A DNA stretch of 43,593 nt from a virus (lineage: Duplodnaviria; Caudoviricetes). The notes under the pieces are model-generated. The model made no database searches and was not told the DNA's origin. It saw only the letters and a program-made list of their open reading frames with translations. Position numbers and translations under genes: made by a program. Positions 36,262 to 43,593 of the stretch are shown piece after piece; within the stretch, counting starts at the first letter, position 1; each line of letters starts with the position of its first letter. Location: positions 1-43,593 of IMG/VR virus record IMGVR_UViG_3300032213_001671. The stretch is one strand, 5' to 3'.

Positions 36262-38178
36262 TTATTCCAATATGTTAGATTCATCCATTATGGATTTTTG
36301 TTTATTTTCTGAAATCAATTTCTGTTTTTCTTGTTTTGCAGTCTTCAAATATGAGTCCAATGTTGTCAATTCCTTATTGATACACTCCAAACTAAATATA
36401 GATCCTCCGGAAAACTTATGAGTTGGTGATCGATCAGACTTGAAATCTCTATTCATTTCAAGATTACCCATTACATCTTCACCGAATGGATAATTTTCAG
36501 CCTTTTTCAATCCTGCTTGAGATGGTCGTTTATAATCCGAATCAGGTTTTGCTTTTTCTTTCAATGTCGGAACTTCAGACGCACCACCAGCTTTAGCGCC
36601 TCCACCAGCTTCAGCGCCTCCACCAGCTTCATCACCACCTGTGTCTCCGCCTCCTCCTCCACCGCCTCCTCCTTCTTCAGGTGAAACCTTTTGGAATGAT
36701 TTTGCGGGATCATTACCTTCTTCTTCAATTTGTTTAAATCGATATGATTGTTTAGAATCTTCGATAATATCGTTTTTAATTTCGGTCATGTCATCATCTG
36801 ACATGTGGAATACTTTGTCATATACCCACTTTTTGCTAAACAACTTATTATCGATCATGTCTTTTGCAACTGCCACTTTATCTGACCAAATTGCAACTTT
36901 TTCCTTTTCAAATACGGTGGATGGATTTGTCAATTCTAGACTAAAATCAACCAAGCTTGCATCTCTATAACCTTGAGCATACAAATGTACAATACCAATC
37001 TTGGTTAACTCACTAATAATAATACGTTGAATACGTTCGATTGTGCGTGAAAAACGAACATCTTCTTGTGCCAAAGTAGCTTTACCGCTCAAATCTTCAT
37101 CATAACTCAAAAATGCTTTGGGTATCTTCAGAGCTGCCATCATTTTCTTACGAAGATATTCAATATCGTCCGTACCAGTAAATTCCATACCACTAAGAGA
37201 TTCAATACTGGTACCACTATCACCACCACGAACAGGAAGATAAAAGTCTTCAACCATGTTTTGAAGATTGAAACGAAGATTGTAGTCGCCACTTTTTTCA
37301 TCGATATATGGAACCTTTTTAGTCTTTGCAATTAGCTTTTCCATGTATGAGTCGATTTCATTCGGAGGAATATTACCGACATCAATTTTGAAAATACGTT
37401 TTTCCGGAGCACGCATGATACGATGAATCAACATTGCGTCTTCCATCAAACTCAATTGTTTCCAAACACGACGAGCACCTTCCATCATACTCTTACCATA
37501 TGGCAAGAAATTGCTGTCACTCAATAAACGAAAATGGGCTACTTGATAATTTTCAAGATCTTCAACCTTACCACCATCTGGTAAGTTAACTTGAAACTTG
37601 ATATAGTTTTTGTTGTATAAGTCACTATTTTCAACACGGCTAACATTATAAGCACTAATTGGCTCAATCATGTAAACTCCATATTCAGGACTAATATACA
37701 ACCGAAGATAAAAGTCGCCGTACTTACACATGTTACGAACATAACTCCATAGGTTAAATTCGATGTTCATAATATCATAATACAGATTGCGTAAAATCTG
37801 TTTGATATTATCATTTGGAGTATTGATGATCAAAATATCACCCATTTCATTACGGGTTAATGATTCATCAGAATAAATGTCAAGAGCAGAACTTAGAATT
37901 GGATCCATGTCCATCGTATCATAATCTCTAAACAATTCGATACGTGCAGCTTGATAACTAAGGGTGAAATCTCTACTGTTTTGATTAGACGCAGAAGTAC
38001 GAATACGATTAAAACGATCACGTAATGTATTTCTATCGGTTGCGTATGCTACTTCGTCTGTATCTACTACTTTTAACTTTTTACCGCCAACGTTACGTAC
38101 AATAACGTCGGTGGAGAAAAGTCTCTTAAGACGAGCAAACAATGATCTGCTCTTTAAATCGGTCGGTTGATCTGCCAT
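36262..38178 (-). CDS. gp20: Portal protein (T4 gp20 family)
   Basis: LMEDAMLIHRIMRAPEKRIFKIDVGNIPP; EDFYLPVRGG..GT.I..L.G; DIEYLRKK...ALKIP; D.RF.R.I.RIQ. Confidence 0.96.
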   Translation of the reverse strand: MADQPTDLKSRSLFARLKRLFSTDVIVRNVGGKKLKVVDTDEVAYATDRNTLRDRFNRIRTSASNQNSRDFTLSYQAARIELFRDYDTMDMDPILSSALDIYSDESLTRNEMGDILIINTPNDNIKQILRNLYYDIMNIEFNLWSYVRNMCKYGDFYLRLYISPEYGVYMIEPISAYNVSRVENSDLYNKNYIKFQVNLPDGGKVEDLENYQVAHFRLLSDSNFLPYGKSMMEGARRVWKQLSLMEDAMLIHRIMRAPEKRIFKIDVGNIPPNEIDSYMEKLIAKTKKVPYIDEKSGDYNLRFNLQNMVEDFYLPVRGGDSGTSIESLSGMEFTGTDDIEYLRKKMMAALKIPKAFLSYDEDLSGKATLAQEDVRFSRTIERIQRIIISELTKIGIVHLYAQGYRDASLVDFSLELTNPSTVFEKEKVAIWSDKVAVAKDMIDNKLFSKKWVYDKVFHMSDDDMTEIKNDIIEDSKQSYRFKQIEEEGNDPAKSFQKVSPEEGGGGGGGGGDTGGDEAGGGAEAGGGAKAGGASEVPTLKEKAKPDSDYKRPSQAGLKKAENYPFGEDVMGNLEMNRDFKSDRSPTHKFSGGSIFSLECINKELTTLDSYLKTAKQEKQKLISENKQKSIMDESNILE

Positions 38179-38218
38179 ACAAGTATGTTATATTTCGTAA
38201 ATAAATAGTGAAAGATCA

Positions 38219-39817
38219 TTATAATAACCAAGTTAAACTCTCTTTTTGATCTTTTAATCCAGTAGGCATTTCCCATGTCTGTTGTGCGTTTGCATTTTTT
38301 GTGGTATAAAGGGGAGCGCTTTGTTGTTCAGACCTATTGATATTACCCAACATATTACGAGTCATATCCATTGACTGTTGACGCAACTTCAAAGCAGTGT
38401 CACGTACCCACAATCCAATTGCAAATGACATTACCAAGTCGTCATTGTAATTTCTCATTGCTTCTGCTTTACCGTTATTCCAAATAAACGTATACAATTC
38501 GTCAATGATACGTGTGGATTGAATATTGATAGACTTTTCACGCATATAACTTTCCAACCGTGAAATAATCAATTGTCTAGTTACTGATGTAGTTGTAAAT
38601 CCGGGAGTCATTTTCTTTTCAGATGAATGAATCTTATTGGTCATTTGATGTTCTACATCTACATATTTCAAATCCGAACTACTATAAAATAAATTAGGAT
38701 ATTTTCTATCCAATATTTGTTGAATCGTACCCCAACCAACATTGAGATTTTCAACAATCAACAAAGCATTATTATACTCAGTAGCAACATTGACCAACAT
38801 ATTGCCATAATCTTTAGTACTAATCTGTCCTTTGTATTCGGCAACTTGTGTAAAACTTTCAACATCAATTACGTGAAATGCACTGTAATCTGCACCATCG
38901 CCACGTGCAACATCCGCACATACCAGATATGAACGTGTATAGTCTGGATATTCCCACAGCCATAATGATTTATCCATACCTCTAGTTTCTACTGGCAAAC
39001 GTACTTTGGTCTGTTTGTAGAAGTCAAGAATTGGTACGTCAACAACTGTATTACCCGATGTTGCAAAGTCACAATCACATTCCTGTGCGGCCATTTTTGG
39101 TCCAAGAAGTTTTGTTTGTTCATCTCTCCACGTTTGATCACGTTCTGGATGAAGATGCCAATGCAATCGTATAGTATGAAACTTATTCTTTTTTGCTTCA
39201 GCCTCAACCCATGTTCTATGAAAGAAATTACCCACGCCATTTGGAGTTGATAATACAATTGCTTTACCGCCGGTTGATAGTGTAGATTGTGCAGATGTCC
39301 AGATTTCATCGATGTTATCAATGAATGCAGCTTCGTCAATGATCAACATTGATAGAGCGGCGGAACGACCTGCGGTACCAGATGATGATACCGCTTTAAT
39401 TTGTGATCCGTTTTTGAGACGTAATGATAGACGGTTGTCTTCTACACATGGTACTTTTAACCAACTTGGAAGATTATCATTTGCAAAACGAACACGGGTA
39501 ACAATTTCTTTGGATGTTTCTTGTGTAATACTAATACACAAAATGTTTTTATCACTATTAAAGACCATCAACCAAAGACTATATGCACTACTCAGTGTAG
39601 TGATACCCAATTGACGACTTTTTAAAATGATGTTATAGTCATGATCAATAATTTGCTGAAGAGAATCATCTTGGAATGGATACAGTTCAAATGGAATTGT
39701 ACCACGTTTTGGATGTTGAATTTTAACGTACTTCTTCATGAAGTACATTGGATTCTCAAGACACTTTTTATACTCTGACTTGATGATATCTCTCAGTGAT
39801 TTTTGATCATTCGACAT
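38219..39817 (-). CDS. terL: Terminase large subunit (T4 gp17-like)
   Basis: LKSRQLGITT (Walker A-like), LIIDEAAF (Walker B), STPNG, nuclease motifs DVARGDGADYS and DDLVMS; no intein seen. Confidence 0.96.
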   Translation of the reverse strand: MSNDQKSLRDIIKSEYKKCLENPMYFMKKYVKIQHPKRGTIPFELYPFQDDSLQQIIDHDYNIILKSRQLGITTLSSAYSLWLMVFNSDKNILCISITQETSKEIVTRVRFANDNLPSWLKVPCVEDNRLSLRLKNGSQIKAVSSSGTAGRSAALSMLIIDEAAFIDNIDEIWTSAQSTLSTGGKAIVLSTPNGVGNFFHRTWVEAEAKKNKFHTIRLHWHLHPERDQTWRDEQTKLLGPKMAAQECDCDFATSGNTVVDVPILDFYKQTKVRLPVETRGMDKSLWLWEYPDYTRSYLVCADVARGDGADYSAFHVIDVESFTQVAEYKGQISTKDYGNMLVNVATEYNNALLIVENLNVGWGTIQQILDRKYPNLFYSSSDLKYVDVEHQMTNKIHSSEKKMTPGFTTTSVTRQLIISRLESYMREKSINIQSTRIIDELYTFIWNNGKAEAMRNYNDDLVMSFAIGLWVRDTALKLRQQSMDMTRNMLGNINRSEQQSAPLYTTKNANAQQTWEMPTGLKDQKESLTWLL

Positions 39818-40415
39818 GGTTTAACTTCTCCAATTTCTTTTCAATTTTAAGAATTTGTTTGTCGATCTTTTTTAAATCCGTCTTAAGATCCTTTAAAATA
39901 TTTTCTCTACGTTCAATCGTCCATTCATCTGAAGTTCCATCACCATTGGGAAATGAAATCTTTTGATGAGATGATACAAAGTTATAACTTTCTTGTACCT
40001 TGATACGAAACTCTTTGGCTTGACTCAATTGATTACGCAACATTTTATTTTGTTCGTACTCTTCATATTTTCCTTTGACACGCAATTGTGTTTCAAACTT
40101 AGCCAAACATTCCTGACAACGACCAGTCTTATTATAAAGAATTTCATCATAACGATTGCCCCATCTAATATCCATGTTACAATCTTTACAACGACATTTG
40201 GTGGATTCAATTATAGATGTATTAACATTGTTAATTGCACGTTTGGTGCCATTCTTCTTGATCCACTTTTTACCGTTTGCGTCTTCCCAAATTTCACCAT
40301 CTTTACGAGATGAAAACTCTGAGTCTGCGGTATAACCTACTTGTATAAAAGGACGTTCACCATTTAGGTAGTCCCTAACAATTGCCAAATTACTTTTTCC
40401 TGTTGCTTTTTTCAT
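39807..40415 (-). CDS. Hypothetical Zn-finger/coiled-coil protein coupled to terL
   Basis: CKDC...CQEC pair; overlaps the terL start by 11 nt. Confidence 0.72.
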   Translation of the reverse strand: MKKATGKSNLAIVRDYLNGERPFIQVGYTADSEFSSRKDGEIWEDANGKKWIKKNGTKRAINNVNTSIIESTKCRCKDCNMDIRWGNRYDEILYNKTGRCQECLAKFETQLRVKGKYEEYEQNKMLRNQLSQAKEFRIKVQESYNFVSSHQKISFPNGDGTSDEWTIERRENILKDLKTDLKKIDKQILKIEKKLEKLNHVE

Positions 40416-40431
40416 AACTTTTTATTTTGAT

Positions 40432-41187
40432 TTATACTTCGAATGTATCATTAAATACTGTGATCGCTTTGGAATATGACTTTTTTGTTTCATCCAATGG
40501 ATTATCTGTATATTGCCAATTCCAAAATAATTCTGATGGTGTCTGAAACCCATAAAACTCTAACATCTCTTTTTGTGTTTTAACTACATCTTTTCCATTC
40601 CAGTTTTGACCAACAGCAATAAGACCCGCGTCAATATTCTTAACAATATTAGCTTCACCGAGTGTAGAATGACGATTTTCAATCCATGTCAAACGTTCTA
40701 TTAGTTTCTGATAAATACTGTTGGTCTGCCCCCAACGAATAGATGTAAAAAATAAAACTGTATCACTCTCAAATAATGGCTTGGTGATCTTCCAAAGTTC
40801 ATCTGATTTGTTATTGATACTTGCCCAACAACGATGATGTCCACTTGGATTTTTATCTTTATCCTTTAACAACGAACCTTTTTCTCCACAGTGATTTCCC
40901 CATTTGGATGATACGTTTCCTTCACATACAAAAATGTTTAGTTTACTCATATCAATAAACTCACACTTATCACTGCCTAATCTGTCACAAACTAACTTGG
41001 CTAATTTAGTTGATTTTGCCTCGTCGTCTTTATGACCCTCCCATCGATTTGATGTACCAATCAACAATACCTTCTTTCGTGTTTGAAGATACTTGATAGT
41101 CTTTTCAAGACGCAACTCGTTCTTTTCAATGTCTTGTTGACTGGAACTTGAAGCTGCCTCAACTAAAAAATCAGAGAGTTTTACCAT
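40432..41187 (-). CDS. Flavodoxin-fold NAD(P)H-dependent FMN reductase / iron-sulfur flavoprotein-like protein
   Basis: KVLLIGTSNR...STKLA...FIDMSKLNI..CEG..C...C...DE...I...L.ESD.VLF.TSIRWG......KLIERL pattern of the WrbA/FMN_red family. Confidence 0.75.
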   Translation of the reverse strand: MVKLSDFLVEAASSSSQQDIEKNELRLEKTIKYLQTRKKVLLIGTSNRWEGHKDDEAKSTKLAKLVCDRLGSDKCEFIDMSKLNIFVCEGNVSSKWGNHCGEKGSLLKDKDKNPSGHHRCWASINNKSDELWKITKPLFESDTVLFFTSIRWGQTNSIYQKLIERLTWIENRHSTLGEANIVKNIDAGLIAVGQNWNGKDVVKTQKEMLEFYGFQTPSELFWNWQYTDNPLDETKKSYSKAITVFNDTFEV

Positions 41188-41194
41188 ATCGTCT

Positions 41195-41202
41195 TATAAA
41201 TA
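41195..41202 (-). promoter_or_regulatory. TATTTATA upstream motif
   Basis: 7 nt upstream of ATG 41187. Confidence 0.6.
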
Positions 41203-41228
41203 TAATACATCATGTCGTTTTTGTATTA

Positions 41229-43481
41229 TTAATTGTAAAACGGTACCTTCTTACCATTGATCAACAACCATCCATCCGGCGCTTTTAATGGACAAACTAC
41301 ATCTACAGTTCCGGGAGTTGACGCTAATGTTGTACTGGTTACCGTTGCACTGACAGTTCCCGGTGCAGTGGTTGTTGGTACCGTGGCAGAAGTGGTTGCT
41401 TCTAAATCAGTAAACTTTCCTTTTTTGTGTGTAGTTTGACCAATATCAACATTATTCATTGTGCCCAATGTAGTTGGATTAATTTCTAATGTAGTACTTG
41501 GTTTAATATAAACAGCACCACCAACCCCGCTAGTAATTTGGGGACTAATACTTACCGTACCTTTTTTAATATAAAAAGTTCCATTTGTTGCATTGTCACC
41601 GCCACTTCCACTAGCCTCAAAACTAAATCTTGATGCGTCCAACATGGTTATACCTTGTGCTGGACTGGTTTGTTCTGTCTTGACAATTACATTAAACACC
41701 GTCAATCCATTGGTCGTATCTGCCGAGGTTATACCCGGAACTTTATTTAAACTTGAACCAGATGGATCAAAAGTTACTATTGTTTTCAAATCAGAATATA
41801 CCAAATTAGAGTTAACATCAAATAGTTCAGATTTGATTTCAAACTGTTCACCCGCGACGGTTACTGGAAATGGTATACGACTTACAAATATTTCCGGTGA
41901 AAATGATGGTTCTGAATATGTTGAAAACTGTAAATCAGATAGTGTGGATACACAGTTATTAGTGTATATCACCATTGTGCCATTGAACTCGTTATTGAAC
42001 CTACTGTAAAATACATGTGGTTCTGGATGATATAGTGAGGATACCTGTTCATCTAAATAAATCTCACCAACTTTTACACCACGATTTGTATCATAACTTG
42101 AATCACCACTTATTTCATTAACCATTGATGAAGTAATATAAAATCCAATACTTGCTGGTTTTGAGTCATCGTATTTCGTAATCTTGGATCTTACTGACAA
42201 TTTATATGTAACATCAGGATAAAACTTCATGAAGTTACTGTCATACGCCATTCCCGATTCATTTAAAAATGATGTTATTTCAAACGGTGTATATACATGA
42301 TTAGCACTACCACCATTTGTATCGTTCTTTACAATGATATAGCTTTCAGTTGTAGTATTATTGGTGATCTTTATTGCATCCATCAAATACGACGCGTCTC
42401 TTGTAAAACTGACCGTATTAGAACTACTAAACCAATAATGGTGTACGTGAGTTGGATTTGGAAAAGATCCAAGACTCTTAAAATAACTATTCGGAGTTGA
42501 TTGATCAATTAACGATTGTGAATCAATAAACGGTTCATCTGAAATAATCTCAAAATCCCCGGCAGAACTTAAACTTCTACGATACAACTTATGACGGTAA
42601 ACGTTTCCAGAAAACGTTTTTAAATTACTGTATGTAACAAATGCAACCGATTGATTGTACGACGAACTGGTTATAAACCGTCCATCATATTTGATTCCGG
42701 TTATAGTTGAGGATAAACTTCCATCTACAATATTGGATACTATTTTCTTATTTTGATTATTAATGTAATAGATTGGATTTTTAAGTTTAATCGTTCGTTC
42801 ATCAACGATATCAATAATAACGTTAGATGAAGTTAAATTGACAGAAATATCACCATCTAACTTGGTTGCATAAATGTTCACCAATGCATTTTTCATTGAT
42901 GATGATGCAATTAATCCACCATCTAAAAATGTTAATCTGTAATCAATCGGCGTTGAACTAATGTCAAACAATCCATAGTCATCATCCTTTTTAGGAACAA
43001 CTGCATACGAAGTTATAGGTGTGTTTGAGATTGAAGCAACGAACGCAGAAGAAACATCAGATGTAATAGGTACGAAAGTTGAAGTTACAAACAACGTTGG
43101 TGATTTATAAAAAACTACTTTTGATGTATTTTGTATCGATGGATTTATTTGAATATTGCCAATCCAACGTATCACTTTATTATTAACGTCTCGTCCAACG
43201 ATAATAACTTTACCGACTCCATATGGTGTATCATTATAAACGTATACTACAATTCTAACAGCTCCACCTTCTTTATAAGCGATATTGTTTGTCTTAGCCA
43301 CTTCAACATACAATGATCGACCTTGACTGTCTAAAACTTCAATTTGAATTGGTACATTGATTGCAAGTTTATCAGATCCATTTAACAAAAATGTATTCTT
43401 ACCGGCAGTTAACTTAGGATTGTACTCTGATAGTATAAAATACTCGGACAAAAATGAAGTATCCTCAATATCGACAAGCAC
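41229..43481 (-). CDS. Large beta-rich structural (baseplate/tail-like) protein, probably 5'-truncated
   Basis: 750-aa ORF; the GTG start abuts compositionally anomalous terminal sequence. Confidence 0.65.
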   Translation of the reverse strand: MLVDIEDTSFLSEYFILSEYNPKLTAGKNTFLLNGSDKLAINVPIQIEVLDSQGRSLYVEVAKTNNIAYKEGGAVRIVVYVYNDTPYGVGKVIIVGRDVNNKVIRWIGNIQINPSIQNTSKVVFYKSPTLFVTSTFVPITSDVSSAFVASISNTPITSYAVVPKKDDDYGLFDISSTPIDYRLTFLDGGLIASSSMKNALVNIYATKLDGDISVNLTSSNVIIDIVDERTIKLKNPIYYINNQNKKIVSNIVDGSLSSTITGIKYDGRFITSSSYNQSVAFVTYSNLKTFSGNVYRHKLYRRSLSSAGDFEIISDEPFIDSQSLIDQSTPNSYFKSLGSFPNPTHVHHYWFSSSNTVSFTRDASYLMDAIKITNNTTTESYIIVKNDTNGGSANHVYTPFEITSFLNESGMAYDSNFMKFYPDVTYKLSVRSKITKYDDSKPASIGFYITSSMVNEISGDSSYDTNRGVKVGEIYLDEQVSSLYHPEPHVFYSRFNNEFNGTMVIYTNNCVSTLSDLQFSTYSEPSFSPEIFVSRIPFPVTVAGEQFEIKSELFDVNSNLVYSDLKTIVTFDPSGSSLNKVPGITSADTTNGLTVFNVIVKTEQTSPAQGITMLDASRFSFEASGSGGDNATNGTFYIKKGTVSISPQITSGVGGAVYIKPSTTLEINPTTLGTMNNVDIGQTTHKKGKFTDLEATTSATVPTTTAPGTVSATVTSTTLASTPGTVDVVCPLKAPDGWLLINGKKVPFYN

Positions 43482-43593
43482 ACTTGTGGGCAGAGCGTAA
43501 ATACACCCGCTGGGTCTGTGGTGTCTCGGGTTCTAAAAAAATAAAAAAATTGTTCGCGGGGCCTCCGCTGCTGTGACCCTTGGGCCGTCGGCC

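Noticed and set aside
36262-39817. Introns or inteins in terminase or portal
   Set aside because: Both ORFs are continuous and of ordinary length, with no intein motifs seen
3296-41202. Canonical T4 late promoters (TATAAATA) driving plus-strand antisense transcription
   Set aside because: The motif flips with gene orientation at 26647 and 27651, so it is better read as TATTTATA on the coding strand
43482-43593. GC-rich terminal segment with an A-run, as a possible genome terminus or regulatory region
   Set aside because: Abrupt compositional change at the contig end, resembling low-quality adapter read-through; it probably truncates the 41229 gene; needs read inspection
1-43593. tRNA or other RNA genes
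   Set aside because: Intergenic spaces are mostly under 100 nt and no cloverleaf or T-loop signature was seen

Overview
A 43.6-kb segment of a large T4-superfamily-like (myovirus/jumbo-type) dsDNA phage genome, covering the virion morphogenesis region. Almost all genes are on the minus strand. In transcription order (right to left): a 5'-truncated structural protein, a flavodoxin/FMN-reductase-like gene, large terminase, portal, three conserved hypotheticals, prohead protease, a free-standing homing-endonuclease-like gene, a 1167-aa membrane-like protein with a PGGTT repeat, two plus-strand genes, scaffold, major capsid protein, a 2H phosphoesterase resembling Acb1/gp57B, neck/tail-completion genes (gp13/14/15-like) and two fibre proteins. 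These are followed by a 12.6-kb tandem array of nine paralogous LamG/ConA-like lectin genes interleaved with a family of small partner genes, and finally a collagen-like fibre gene running off the left edge that the ORF track missed. Four observations stand out. (1) The LamG array behaves like a chassis with one fixed insertion slot carrying different passenger domains, and includes a 25-codon 'empty' member made only of the conserved ends. (2) A TATTTAT(A/T) motif, the reverse complement of the T4 late promoter, lies just upstream of 13 start codons, always on the coding strand. (3) Several head-region proteins, including the flavoprotein, have N-termini resembling capsid-targeting sequences. 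(4) A candidate anti-CBASS phosphodiesterase sits in the late region. All family assignments come from motif recognition by eye, not database searches. The last ~110 nt look like an assembly or adapter artefact.
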